A stretch of DNA of 64,000 bases from a virus. Lineage: Duplodnaviria; Caudoviricetes. The stretch's first letter is position 1, and each line of letters begins with the position of its first letter. Shown in pieces: positions 26,992 through 38,242 of this stretch. Below the pieces are notes generated by a model, which saw only the letters and a list, made by a program, of their open reading frames with translations, did no database searches and was not told the DNA's origin. Location of the stretch: the IMG/VR virus record IMGVR_UViG_3300026159_000398, one strand, 5' to 3'. The translations under genes were made by a program, and so were the position numbers.

Positions 26992-29631
26992 TTAAACTGT
27001 CCAAACTGCGATGTCAGTAAGTCCAGCAGATTTGTAATATCCAACACCACTATCAGCTGTTGTACAATCAGGAGCGTAATTGTGATCAGAGCCATACATG
27101 TAGTGCATTGCATTTTCACGACCAGCGCCAGCGTTGTATTCCCATGTTGGTGCTTCAACAACAAGATGCTTGAAAATCTTGATATTGTCTATTGTCACAG
27201 AATCATTGATGACATGGAATTTGAAAGCGAAATCTCCAGCTGCCCACACTGGAATTGTGGCTGCCCATGTTATTTCAGTTCCATCTATCCAAATTCTTAT
27301 ACGTTCTGTATTTGCATGTAAGCTACCAGTTTGGTCCCACATAACATACACATGGTGGAATGTTGTTCCCAAAGATACAGAGAAATTCGAGAGAGCAAGA
27401 CGTTCAACAACTGGTAAGCTATTGATGTAAATATCCATGTGTGTTTCATCAAAATAGATGAAAGAGTTGGTTCCACCAAGATAAATAATAAATGCTGCTG
27501 TGCTGTTGGTTGCTTCTTCAATTTGAATCCAGAAAGACATTGTTCCTTGAGAGAGCTTATTACCAACAATTACAACGTCACCAATTGTCATTTCATCGAG
27601 ATTATCAACAGTGAAAGATGTTCCAGTTCCACCTGTTGTGAATGACGTAATTCCTCGAACTGCTGTAGTATTTCCAACCATAACAGTAACAATTTCACCT
27701 GGCAAAAATGTTTGTTCGCCAGCAAAAACGATTGTGGTTGAGTTAGTACCGCTTTGCGCAACAAATGATTGTTGATTGCTGTAACCAAATGGATAGACAT
27801 AACCAACATTTGTATATGCTCCAGTAGTTTGAATACCATAACCACCAAATTCTGTTTTGCCCGCTACAATAGAAAAGTTGTCTTCAGTAATTCCAGTTAC
27901 AAATGGAGTCTCGACATCTCTTAATGTTGGATTTGAAAGTTCAGCAACAGAATCACATTTACAAAAATAGTTTGGTCTTGGCAATACAAAACGACCACGA
28001 TTTGGGTCAACATAACATTGTGTTTTTGGTGGTGTTATGTTTGTCGTAGAAAGATCTGCAGCATATACTGCTAATCCAAGACCACCTGCTCCACTGAATC
28101 TAATATTTTTCGCATTGTCAACGATACGGAAAAATTTATTATTAGGAGAAGCTGAAAGAGGACCAGAAGCAGCGGTATCATAAATGCCACCTGATGGGTC
28201 ACCTTCATCTAATCTATCAAAACCGTTATTTGGGTCTTCAGCAACACTCGCATCAAGACGTTTACCATACTGATAATGAGTTCCAGCAAGAACTCCAGCA
28301 TATGCAGCATCTTTTAAAACTTCTTTAAAGCCAATATAACCTTCAGCATATTGAAAATTATTTGCAGCTTCAAGTTGAATTTGTGCGTTTGGTGCAGCTG
28401 TTGGTGGACGAAGTTGCCATGCCGCAGTTTCAAGAACACCACGTTTGTAATAACCAACGCGAGGGTACCAAAGATTTACGAATGTTGGATGCAAAAAGTT
28501 TTCATCATTACCAGTATATTCTGCTCCAGGAGCACTTAAGACATGATTCCAAACTTTGACATTATCAACATAAACAACAGCGTCAGTTTGAATGAGTGAG
28601 TGATTTTGTAATGTTCTTATTTGAAGATCGTTTACATTAAAATTGAGACCGCTCAAACTCATTACTGCTACATTATCAATATAAACTGTAATCGTAGTGG
28701 ATGCTCCAGTATCAGTGGCTGAAGACCATGTCACAGCTAAGTGATGCCATGCGTTACGAAAATTACCAGCAGTAATAGAAACTTCGCCAGCGCCGTTGAT
28801 ATTATATGCGTAACGTTGTCTTGCCCAAATAAAGTTTATGTCCGCAATGATACCAATGTATGTTGATGCGTTGAAATAAACATACAACATTGAATTGGAC
28901 CATGAGCCTTGTGTTAAATAGAACCAACATGTCAACGTACCTTTACCAAGGTTTTGTGACAATGTGAATGGTTTCAACGTAGAATAAGAATCACCCCAAC
29001 CATTATGATAATGGCGATACGCATAACCATATTTTCCTGGTTGAAAATCAAAGATAGCAGTTCCGCCCAATGGAAAATTAGAGCCGGTAAGAATAGTTGT
29101 TGGCATGCTATTTCCATATTGGATTATTGGGTAAACCCAAGAGCTTGTTGAACTTAAATTACTCCAGAAAATAGGACGCGGAAATAAAAACTTTCCTCTT
29201 TGAACATCAACATAAAATTGATTTGCTGGAGGTGATATGAGTTGGTTGTTTGCAAGAGTCAGATTTTTTGCAACTGGGCGAAGTCCAAGAGCACTTTTGA
29301 CGTTAGTTCCTGCACTGTTCATGACACGAAAATATTTATTTGCGGCAAAAGCAGATGCAGCGTTTTGTGTATCATAAATGTCATAAATAGATGGACTACC
29401 GTCTAGATAGTCATCTAGGCGGTAATCAATATTTTCTCTCAGTGATCCAACACTTCCAAGAAGCGCAAGACCACCACCGCTTTTATTTCCAAAAGTGCCG
29501 TAACCATAATAGTTATTAAGTGCACCTTCAGATAATACAGCAGCTGGTGGATTTGAGCCCGTACTCCAATCCCACGCATCTGCATTATATTCTATTGATG
29601 CATCAAATATATCGAGTGCTTTTGTTCGCAT
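26992..29631 (-). CDS. Tail/baseplate-associated protein with two LamG (ConA-like) domains
   Basis: GTLTCWF...WHHLAVTW...IDN..VDNVKVW and GTMSFWI...FHHVYVMW...IDG..IDNIKIF; the protein is internally duplicated. Confidence 0.7.
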   Translation of the reverse strand: MRTKALDIFDASIEYNADAWDWSTGSNPPAAVLSEGALNNYYGYGTFGNKSGGGLALLGSVGSLRENIDYRLDDYLDGSPSIYDIYDTQNAASAFAANKYFRVMNSAGTNVKSALGLRPVAKNLTLANNQLISPPANQFYVDVQRGKFLFPRPIFWSNLSSTSSWVYPIIQYGNSMPTTILTGSNFPLGGTAIFDFQPGKYGYAYRHYHNGWGDSYSTLKPFTLSQNLGKGTLTCWFYLTQGSWSNSMLYVYFNASTYIGIIADINFIWARQRYAYNINGAGEVSITAGNFRNAWHHLAVTWSSATDTGASTTITVYIDNVAVMSLSGLNFNVNDLQIRTLQNHSLIQTDAVVYVDNVKVWNHVLSAPGAEYTGNDENFLHPTFVNLWYPRVGYYKRGVLETAAWQLRPPTAAPNAQIQLEAANNFQYAEGYIGFKEVLKDAAYAGVLAGTHYQYGKRLDASVAEDPNNGFDRLDEGDPSGGIYDTAASGPLSASPNNKFFRIVDNAKNIRFSGAGGLGLAVYAADLSTTNITPPKTQCYVDPNRGRFVLPRPNYFCKCDSVAELSNPTLRDVETPFVTGITEDNFSIVAGKTEFGGYGIQTTGAYTNVGYVYPFGYSNQQSFVAQSGTNSTTIVFAGEQTFLPGEIVTVMVGNTTAVRGITSFTTGGTGTSFTVDNLDEMTIGDVVIVGNKLSQGTMSFWIQIEEATNSTAAFIIYLGGTNSFIYFDETHMDIYINSLPVVERLALSNFSVSLGTTFHHVYVMWDQTGSLHANTERIRIWIDGTEITWAATIPVWAAGDFAFKFHVINDSVTIDNIKIFKHLVVEAPTWEYNAGAGRENAMHYMYGSDHNYAPDCTTADSGVGYYKSAGLTDIAVWTV

Positions 29632-29640
29632 GTCCGCCTC

Positions 29641-32600
29641 TTAAATTAACGTTCTTGTTGCAGGGCCACCATCATCTTTAATAGTAGCTCTATAATAATA
29701 ATATTTAGGGTCATCACAAATAAAGTCTATTGTTTCGTGCTGACATCTATTTTTTTGTTGACCAAAATGGAACATTTGATTTGAAGTAAAAGCAATTCCA
29801 TTCTTAGAATCAAAATCAACTTCTGACGCAGTAGTCAAGAATCTTGGTATTGATGTAGCTGTTATGTTTTCATAAATTGACCATTTATCCAGCATTCCAG
29901 TTGTTGCTTGAACAAACAATTGCTTTTGAATTACTCTTGTGGATGTGCTTGTACCAACGAAGATTTTATCTTCAAAAATATTTCCATTGTAAGTCGTAAA
30001 TGAAGCGACTCCATCGTTTTTATTGGCAACTGGGTCTACTATAGAAATGGTGTTTGTTCCTGTGCCAAAAATAATTGGTCTGTGTTCCCAAATATTTCCA
30101 ACTCTCCAGCAAGGAGAATTAGTAGCGATATCAACCATTGTTGTTACGCTTGGAACGGTAACATCTGTATATTCAGCACTTGTAAGAGTAGTAGTAATTG
30201 TCCAAACTGGTTTAAGTGCTCTTCTCAGAGTTGTGGTTCCATTTGTTCCAAATAAATATCCAGATGCAGGAAGCCATGGTGCTCCAATACCAGTAACTCC
30301 AGAAATAATTCTTTGTGGCGTTCTATTACCAAAACTATCCCAGTTAATTATCAACATACTCAATGTGCTGTTTGTGTTGATAATGACGAATGTTTTAGGA
30401 TTCATTTCAGAATAATCACTAGAATCATTCTTACTGAATGTTCTTGCAATGATTTTTGAACTGATTCCTGTGCTAGAGAATGTAAATCCGTTATCGGCAA
30501 CGCCTCTCACATAACCATTTCCACTGTTCTTGACTGAGAATGAACCATTAAATGATCTACGATAATATGTTGCATTGTCGCCAAAGTAGTATGAAATACC
30601 AGACTTAAGATCAAGCATGAACATTCCAAGTGTTGTACTTCCATTACTTTCAACAACATCCCAGAAAATCATGTCGTGATCGATACAAAGATTTCCAACA
30701 TAATAGTAGTCATGATTCGTTTTTGGACCAGCGAGATAACAATTACTTAAGTCAGCTCCACCCATCTTCAAGTTTTGAACACGAATTTTAGTAACATCAT
30801 AACGATAGTTGCCTGAGTTGTTAACGTCACTTAAAAATTCATCAAGATGGAATAGTAAAATACCAGCAGCTTGATATCCAGAACCGCCTACAAATGGACT
30901 GCGATATGCGTATGCCATGTAACTATTATCAGGGCAATTCAATTGATCATCGAATTCGCTTGGATTAAAAAATCTACTTGCTATCGGTGTTTTATCAACA
31001 ATAGTATATGTGCTTGTAATGAGGTTATTGTCATCAATAAATGTATTGACTTGCATAACATCATTATTTTCCAAGCTTTTAACGACTACGAAATTATTAC
31101 CAGTTTGAAGAGCAATAATATCTCCATTTTCATCAAAGTCGATACCGTTGATATTTGTTACAGCGGCAGCAACAACAAATGGAACATTATATACGTGTGA
31201 TCTCCACCATGCTGAATTGGATTGTTTTATAACTGGTAACACATGAATTTGTGATGAAACAGCGGTGTCTCCAGATACAACAAATATTTTTCCTGATTTG
31301 TATGCCAATCCACGATATGTTCCGCCTGTGACTGGTGTATCAGGAAGTTCATAAACATCAGCTGTCCATGCTGGTGTTCCTAGTGGATCTTCAAGAGTTC
31401 CAATAGTCGTGCTTGTTGCTTCAAGAACATACATGATACTGTCATCATAGTTCCATGCAAGCGCCACTGGACCACCAGTTGGAGTAGCGGTAGCTGTAAA
31501 GTCTCCACCGCCTCCACTTATTGCGTAACTGTGAGCATCATCAAAAACAAGACCACTTGTTAATCGATATGAGATATAAAGTGTTCCACTATTATCAGCC
31601 AACACGAACATATATTCATCACCATTTATTGTGACGAATTTAATATCAAAGATGGTTGTTACGCCAGTGATGCTGATGTATTGTGGTACTATACTTTGTG
31701 GATTGAATTGATAAACTCTAAAGTTGGTATTATTGGCTGTGTAATAATAACCATTAGCATCAACTCCGCAAGCAGTTGAATTAGATAGAACAGTGCCTGT
31801 AGTTTTAAATCCACCAATTTGATTTTCAGCCCACAGTCCACTTACAAGAGAACGTTGAGCCAAGAATTTTGCTGTGCTTCCAGCAACAGCCTCAAGAATA
31901 TCACCACGTTGGTTAATTGTAATACCGCCACCGGTTGCTACTTCACCTTCAGCAAAATCAAACAATCCAGAGCAACGAGCAATGTTTGTACTTGCGTCGT
32001 AGTCATCAACCAAGTTGACTTTAAATATTTTGGCGCAGTTTGCTGCAGTGTAGACCTTGATAAAAAGATCAGTACCGGTTTTTGCCAAAGTCATATTGGC
32101 GTTATTTAAGTTAGCTGCACCAAGTATAACAATATTTTCGAGTTTGTTATAAAATGGAGCGCCAGTTGCGGCAAGATCAGATTTATTTCTTCTGACGTAA
32201 TCAACAGCATTAGGAGTAGAAGCGTCTTGTTGAAGCAATCCTATTGTTGCATCACCATCGATAACAACATCGTGCCATGCAGTATTGGCTCCAGAAGTTG
32301 CTGTAGCGACATACAACGATGTGTCAACAGTTACAGTCGAACCATTGGCGTATTGTGTTGTGTTTCCTATTGTGCCGTTGCTGTTAATAGGAATTTTGTA
32401 CAACAAGCTTGTTCCAGATGGAGAAGCTCCACTTGGCATTGCAGCTATTGTCATAAACAAGAAGAATCCATCAGATGCAATTCCATGATATGTTTTTCCT
32501 GCGGCTGATGTTGGCAAGTACCAAATACCACCAAAGTGAACTGAACGACCATCAAGCGTCAATTTGATAATTGCACCAGCGGCTGCAGCTCCAAGATTGG

Positions 32601-35600
32601 TGATTAACCAATAACACTGATTTACTGGGTCATAAGTAAAACCAGCCATAGCGTGTGCAGATGGAACGATGTCTGCTAATTGATATTTAGCAACAACTTC
32701 TGCCATATAAGTTTGGTGACGTGGTCTCCAATATCCTTGTTTGTATGCGAGAAGACTTGCTTCAATACCTTCTTTCCAGTTCAGATTTGAGCTACCATCA
32801 TCCATGATATCTCCAGGTTTTGCTAATCCATGAATTGAATTAGCACTGGTGTTTTCTATGGATGTGAATGTATCAAGAATGTAGTTGCTTGTTTGAGAAA
32901 CACGACCACCAAGAAATGATACAGAAGTCATCAATTCCATTACTTGACGAGTCAGTTCATCTGATTGACTTGAAAGATCATCACAACGTTTTGTGAGCGA
33001 CTGATTAACGTCGTAAAGAGCGAAGAAAGATGTTTTCGTTGTAAGAACAACAAGACCCTCAGTTACACCCAAACCATTGTTATCTTTGAAAGTCAACATG
33101 ATTGGTTGAGCGATATCAGGTTTGTTTTTGGTAATTTTACCAGCAACTGTTGCACTCAAGTAGTAGATGGTATTCTTTACAAGATTGTTGCCATCTTCAT
33201 CAGTTATATTTGGAACGTAAATATCCGTTAATGTACCAATATTGTTGATGTAACCAATACTGATGATCTTGAATTCAGTGTCGCTAATGCGCTCGATAAC
33301 CATTGCATCTCCAACATAGTGGAAGTTATCAGCGACAGCTTTACACCAACCAAATTGTGGGTTGATATTTGTATCATAGCGAACGACATCACCTGGTTGG
33401 AAATTGTAGTCACCAATTCCAGAACCTGAAGTCAATTGGTATGGAGATATGTTGATGATAGCTGTTGTGCTACCACTCATTGTAGCGGTTGCTGGGTTGA
33501 CCAATTGCTCAATGAGCATTTGGAGATTCCAGATTTCACCATTCATTCTTTCATGGTGAACATCATCTGTCCATATAGCACCAGTAAGAATGCTATTGTA
33601 GTAATATGTTAGCCAAATATCTTCTGGTTGTTCAGCTAATGAAGTGTTGAATGAGATAATACCATTCAAAACGTCGACATAAGCATGACCACTTGTTGTT
33701 GGTTCCGCGTATGCAGCGCCTTCTAGATTGTGTGCTTCAAGAACGAAAGAGCCAAGATTTCTTCCAACACCGTAATACAAGTTACGAGCTTCAGAATAAA
33801 CAGTAATGTCGCCAAATTTATCTTCGATCTTGAATACTTGGTCTCCATTGATCATCAATGGATATAAACCAGCATTTGAAATTACCGTAGCTTTAATGTA
33901 CGAGTTAAGTGTTTGTCCTTCGTTACCAGTTGATGGCGTAGTATCAGCCGCCCATGTCGTATCCATTGTTACGATATTTGGACGAATGCCATATTCCATG
34001 TAAGGAATATTTCTATCTTTGATACTTACACGCGCGAAGTACCATTGATTAAGATTAAGACGAATCTTAAATGGAAAATCTACTTTTGCATATCCACCAA
34101 AAGTTGCTGGTGGGTCTGGCATGTGGTAGAACAATCTATGCGAAGCGTATGGCGTTGCAAGATAAAAATCATCAATGTCAATATTGCCACCATAATAACT
34201 TCCAGCAGTCAATCCCAATGTTGCAAGAGCGCCAGTTCCTTCGGCTATTGTGAAGCCGTATGTGGTTCCAGTGTGCAAGCATTTAAAAGCGATGGTATCT
34301 TCTTTATAACGTTCTGCAATAACTCCACTAGCTCCAGCAGCGGCCAACTGTGCAGTAATATGAGCAATAGCCAATGTTAGAGTAGGACAGTTGACATTCA
34401 GTGTTATAGTCAAAACACCGGTTGTAGTTCCATTATAATCTTGGTTAATTGTGAATGTCTGATTAACTGCTGCCCAGTTATGTCCATTTGTAAGTGTGAC
34501 AGTTCCTTTAGCTTTGGCATATGTAGGTGAAACGTCTTGACCGTCTACAGGAGTTTCAAGTGGAGCATTGATACCTTGACCAGCATCTGGGTCAAAGAGA
34601 TTTGTTCCAACGGTTCCAGCAGCCAAAAGAATACTTGATTTGCTACCAGCGATATTTGATGTACAACGAATATCTCCATCTACAATTTCAAAGAGACACA
34701 TAGTTGAAAGATCAACTGCTACGTGAGGACCAGCAGGAGCAACATAGCGATATACTTGGCCCAAATTACCATTCAAAACATCAAGCAAGTTGCCAAATGT
34801 GAATGGGCTTCCAAGACCTGTAATTGAGAAGAAATATTCTTCTGTGCTTCCTCCATCAACAGTCAATGTAAAATAAAATGGTTCAGGAGCGGCTGGGAGT
34901 AATCCAGTACTCAGACCAGAAACAATTCCAACCAATCCAAATTCTTGATAACCGTATGTAGCATCATGATATGGAAGAGAAGAAATACCAGTATGAGTTG
35001 AATATGGATATTGTTCTGCGTAATCAATTTGATTATCTGCAGTTTGTGCGTTCAAAAAGTCTGATGTGATATCAGTACCAACAAGAGCAATTGTTGATGC
35101 TTTAAAAATCAGAATCTTAGATGTCGTATCAGGAGTAATAGGAAGTGTTTGAATCTTAATGACATGACTATCATCACCAACTGCAACGTCAGTAATCATA
35201 GAAACTTCATACTGACCTTTTCCCGCTACGATGTAAATAAAATCTCCAGCCATTGGTGGGTCAAATGGAGATGGAGAAGTAAAGTCTTTGTTGTTTGCTG
35301 TGAGTTGTGTAAAATCAGTATAAACATCAAAGTCAAGAGTCAATGTAGTATAAAGTCCTGCTACGCTGACTGTTGTAATTGAGCATTGACCAAAGTTATT
35401 TGCATCAACAAAATATTGTGCAGTGTAGATATGAAGTTCAAGACCTTCTTCAGTACGTTTGTTACCATCAACTACGATTGTCAAAGAACGAAGTTCAATG
35501 TCTGTTGCGGCTGCGTAGTCATCAAGAATTTCTGTCATTCTAAACGGGAATGTCAGTAAATCTCCACGAGCAAGATCAGCACGGAATTGAACGTCAGGAG

Positions 35601-36834
35601 TTTGTGGGTCTATACGACCAGATGGGTCAAGGTGACAAATGGTTTCAAGATCATATTCAAAACGAGTGTAGTTATATTGTGCAGCACTTGTTCCAGTATA
35701 AAGATCGAGAGGAGTTCCATCTGGTTTTGTAAATTGGACCGTGTCATGCAGTGAAGAATAAAATCCGCCAAGGACTTTTTCAAATGCTTGAGTATGAATG
35801 AGGTGTGCGGTTTCTTTAAAACCGCCAAACTCAAATACTTGATCGTGTTCAACATACTTAAAAGTTCCAGCATCATTCTTAAATAACACTGACCACAATG
35901 GATATGTATCTTTTGTGGTTGTGATAGTTTTAGAGAGAAGAGTATGTCTTGCTGGAATAGAATCAGTTTCTTCTCCTTCAATGTATTCCAAGTAAGGAAC
36001 TAATTCAGGATTTGCAGTGTCTTTGAAAACAATACGAATAAGGTCGCGTCTGTACCAGTTTAATGTATGAACAATTGGAGCATCAAACACAGAAGTTTCT
36101 GCGAGTTCATACACACTGTAGACTGAATTGCTTTCGTGTAATTTTGCCGCTCCACCAGTAATTGTATTCTCTTTGAGATTGCCAGTGTATGTTCCAGCTG
36201 TTATTCCCAATGTAGCTAATGCGTTTGGTGAACCAGTAGCTAGAACAAATCCATTATAGTCAGGGGTGTTGATAACAGCAGGGTCAGTTTCAACGAGGCC
36301 ACGAATATAAATGCGATTGTATGCATCTACTCTTGCTTCAACATATTCATCAATGTCTTGAGCAATAAATTGTGTGTTGATTGCAGCGGCCACAGCTGCA
36401 GCATCTGCGCAATTTGTTGAAAGAGTTATAGTTTTGACTGCGCCTAAAGAACCATTACTACGAATTTGTATTGTGAAGTTTTGTGATACAGAACTCCAAT
36501 CATGACCACTTGTAAGAACTACAGTTCCATCGGCTTCTGATGAATATCTAAATGTGTAATCAAATTGGTAATTTGGAGATGGAAGAATACCTTCGCAAAT
36601 AACACGGTTGATACCATTGATTTCATTATTGATAGAGTTGTCGTTCTCTATCAAGTCAATCAACATATCCAAAATGCCTTGCGTAGTAATGTCTGCTGCG
36701 TAAGGAATGGCACGCAACAACTGTCCATCATCGGTTCCACTTCCAATTGCTGTGCTTAAAAGACCGCGAGCAAGCGGAACGTAGTATGTAGAATTACCTA
36801 CGATTTTGTAAATCTTATTTCGCAAAGTAGCCAT
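29641..36834 (-). CDS. Very large virion protein (2397 aa), probably a tail/baseplate appendage with beta-propeller-like C-terminal regions
   Basis: Repeated TLT.GH.W....Q.FTI...ALATLG.TAG.Y module; later segments resemble propeller blades. Confidence 0.6.
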   Translation of the reverse strand: MATLRNKIYKIVGNSTYYVPLARGLLSTAIGSGTDDGQLLRAIPYAADITTQGILDMLIDLIENDNSINNEINGINRVICEGILPSPNYQFDYTFRYSSEADGTVVLTSGHDWSSVSQNFTIQIRSNGSLGAVKTITLSTNCADAAAVAAAINTQFIAQDIDEYVEARVDAYNRIYIRGLVETDPAVINTPDYNGFVLATGSPNALATLGITAGTYTGNLKENTITGGAAKLHESNSVYSVYELAETSVFDAPIVHTLNWYRRDLIRIVFKDTANPELVPYLEYIEGEETDSIPARHTLLSKTITTTKDTYPLWSVLFKNDAGTFKYVEHDQVFEFGGFKETAHLIHTQAFEKVLGGFYSSLHDTVQFTKPDGTPLDLYTGTSAAQYNYTRFEYDLETICHLDPSGRIDPQTPDVQFRADLARGDLLTFPFRMTEILDDYAAATDIELRSLTIVVDGNKRTEEGLELHIYTAQYFVDANNFGQCSITTVSVAGLYTTLTLDFDVYTDFTQLTANNKDFTSPSPFDPPMAGDFIYIVAGKGQYEVSMITDVAVGDDSHVIKIQTLPITPDTTSKILIFKASTIALVGTDITSDFLNAQTADNQIDYAEQYPYSTHTGISSLPYHDATYGYQEFGLVGIVSGLSTGLLPAAPEPFYFTLTVDGGSTEEYFFSITGLGSPFTFGNLLDVLNGNLGQVYRYVAPAGPHVAVDLSTMCLFEIVDGDIRCTSNIAGSKSSILLAAGTVGTNLFDPDAGQGINAPLETPVDGQDVSPTYAKAKGTVTLTNGHNWAAVNQTFTINQDYNGTTTGVLTITLNVNCPTLTLAIAHITAQLAAAGASGVIAERYKEDTIAFKCLHTGTTYGFTIAEGTGALATLGLTAGSYYGGNIDIDDFYLATPYASHRLFYHMPDPPATFGGYAKVDFPFKIRLNLNQWYFARVSIKDRNIPYMEYGIRPNIVTMDTTWAADTTPSTGNEGQTLNSYIKATVISNAGLYPLMINGDQVFKIEDKFGDITVYSEARNLYYGVGRNLGSFVLEAHNLEGAAYAEPTTSGHAYVDVLNGIISFNTSLAEQPEDIWLTYYYNSILTGAIWTDDVHHERMNGEIWNLQMLIEQLVNPATATMSGSTTAIINISPYQLTSGSGIGDYNFQPGDVVRYDTNINPQFGWCKAVADNFHYVGDAMVIERISDTEFKIISIGYINNIGTLTDIYVPNITDEDGNNLVKNTIYYLSATVAGKITKNKPDIAQPIMLTFKDNNGLGVTEGLVVLTTKTSFFALYDVNQSLTKRCDDLSSQSDELTRQVMELMTSVSFLGGRVSQTSNYILDTFTSIENTSANSIHGLAKPGDIMDDGSSNLNWKEGIEASLLAYKQGYWRPRHQTYMAEVVAKYQLADIVPSAHAMAGFTYDPVNQCYWLITNLGAAAAGAIIKLTLDGRSVHFGGIWYLPTSAAGKTYHGIASDGFFLFMTIAAMPSGASPSGTSLLYKIPINSNGTIGNTTQYANGSTVTVDTSLYVATATSGANTAWHDVVIDGDATIGLLQQDASTPNAVDYVRRNKSDLAATGAPFYNKLENIVILGAANLNNANMTLAKTGTDLFIKVYTAANCAKIFKVNLVDDYDASTNIARCSGLFDFAEGEVATGGGITINQRGDILEAVAGSTAKFLAQRSLVSGLWAENQIGGFKTTGTVLSNSTACGVDANGYYYTANNTNFRVYQFNPQSIVPQYISITGVTTIFDIKFVTINGDEYMFVLADNSGTLYISYRLTSGLVFDDAHSYAISGGGGDFTATATPTGGPVALAWNYDDSIMYVLEATSTTIGTLEDPLGTPAWTADVYELPDTPVTGGTYRGLAYKSGKIFVVSGDTAVSSQIHVLPVIKQSNSAWWRSHVYNVPFVVAAAVTNINGIDFDENGDIIALQTGNNFVVVKSLENNDVMQVNTFIDDNNLITSTYTIVDKTPIASRFFNPSEFDDQLNCPDNSYMAYAYRSPFVGGSGYQAAGILLFHLDEFLSDVNNSGNYRYDVTKIRVQNLKMGGADLSNCYLAGPKTNHDYYYVGNLCIDHDMIFWDVVESNGSTTLGMFMLDLKSGISYYFGDNATYYRRSFNGSFSVKNSGNGYVRGVADNGFTFSSTGISSKIIARTFSKNDSSDYSEMNPKTFVIINTNSTLSMLIINWDSFGNRTPQRIISGVTGIGAPWLPASGYLFGTNGTTTLRRALKPVWTITTTLTSAEYTDVTVPSVTTMVDIATNSPCWRVGNIWEHRPIIFGTGTNTISIVDPVANKNDGVASFTTYNGNIFEDKIFVGTSTSTRVIQKQLFVQATTGMLDKWSIYENITATSIPRFLTTASEVDFDSKNGIAFTSNQMFHFGQQKNRCQHETIDFICDDPKYYYYRATIKDDGGPATRTLI

Positions 36835-36853
36835 TATTATTTACCTTCTATTT

Positions 36854-38128
36854 TTATCCGATTGGAGCAAGAACGGTCCAAGAAATAAAGAATGCTGTCA
36901 ATGGGTTTTTATCGAAGTTATATGCAGCATCCAAGAATAATGCAGAAAACATATCATCTCTTCCATTAAACAAGAATGCTTCACGATATTTGACATATTG
37001 AGTAGCAAGAGTTGTAACACCGTTGCCATATTGACCAGCCATATTTACAGAGAATGTTGCACTGTAATCATCAACAAAGTCAACATCACCATCGCGATAT
37101 TCAACATCAGAAAGAACTGGATAATAATCTCCAGCTGTCATGTTGTTATAACGAGTAGAGAGTGTTGTTCCTTGACCGACGTTAAAACCATCGCGAGGAA
37201 CCACTGAGTTAATGACATTATAAGTTCCACGATCGTATGAGATAACGATTCTTGTATAACGTGAACCATAACCAGCAACTTCTTCAAGTTGGAATTTCCA
37301 TGTGTTGTCATTGTAGTCATAGAAAAGAAATGTCTTTGAAGAATCTCCAGCTGTAATTAAGTTAGCGCAGTTTGGAACAGCATTGTAAGTATCAGTACGA
37401 GCAGCTGGTGCCATGACTTCATTAGAAGCAACTGTAGCTTCAGTAACAACAATATGAGGATTGATAGCACCTCTTGTATAAGAGTGAACATCAGTCAGTG
37501 TTGTTGGGTCGTAGAAGTAAATTGTTTCAAGAAGCGTAAGTCCATTGAAAAGTTCGACTTTTAATGTATTATGCGAAGGAGGATTATCTTGAAGAAGTCC
37601 ACCGCCGGTTGTTGCATTTCTTATTGGGAAAATCTTGATGTTGGATGTGCTTCCAACAACATAGTTACCAGCAATATTCTGAATTTCGTATGCTACAGAA
37701 GCGACTGCTTCTCCAGAAATAGTGTCATTCACACTACCACCTGCATAGCGAGTTCCTGGAGTTCCAGTTACTGGTGTACATGCGCGAACTGAAGGCTCTG
37801 TCAAACTGTAATAAAGAAGCTTGCTTGGAGTTCCAGAAGAAAGATTGTTGCTGAATCGCATGCGAGAAATTTTGAGGTCGGCTGGAGCAATTTGTCCTAT
37901 ATGAGGAGACTGTCCTTGGGAAATGAGGCGAATCAAATTGCTTTTTGATTGATTGACCAATGTGTTGCATTTACCAAGAGATTGGCCTCTGACGCCTGTG
38001 CGAATGTCATAAGGAATTATCTCTGCGTATCCGCGCAGTGGTCCCATATCATCAACAAGTTTGGATGGATTTTCACCTTTACGAAAAGCTTTATTCCATG
38101 CTTTGCTTAATATTCTCATCTTTTTCAT
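36854..38128 (-). CDS. Baseplate-associated structural protein
   Basis: C-terminal YREAFLFN...MFS....FDK......ISW resembles tail-collar/baseplate proteins; position in the module agrees. Confidence 0.5.
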   Translation of the reverse strand: MKKMRILSKAWNKAFRKGENPSKLVDDMGPLRGYAEIIPYDIRTGVRGQSLGKCNTLVNQSKSNLIRLISQGQSPHIGQIAPADLKISRMRFSNNLSSGTPSKLLYYSLTEPSVRACTPVTGTPGTRYAGGSVNDTISGEAVASVAYEIQNIAGNYVVGSTSNIKIFPIRNATTGGGLLQDNPPSHNTLKVELFNGLTLLETIYFYDPTTLTDVHSYTRGAINPHIVVTEATVASNEVMAPAARTDTYNAVPNCANLITAGDSSKTFLFYDYNDNTWKFQLEEVAGYGSRYTRIVISYDRGTYNVINSVVPRDGFNVGQGTTLSTRYNNMTAGDYYPVLSDVEYRDGDVDFVDDYSATFSVNMAGQYGNGVTTLATQYVKYREAFLFNGRDDMFSALFLDAAYNFDKNPLTAFFISWTVLAPIG

Positions 38129-38242
38129 GTGTCACCTTGTATTGTTTAATTGAAAAGGAAGAATCATTCAATTTACTTAAATTATCTTTAAAAGTAAAGT
38201 CATCCTTTTCTAAATTTTTCTTAAATAATAATGATAATAAAT

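Noticed and set aside
38129-38242. Possible structured RNA in the intergenic gap (GAAAAGGA...TCCTTTTC)
   Set aside because: The pairing is short and AT-rich with no second copy, so it cannot be distinguished from chance.
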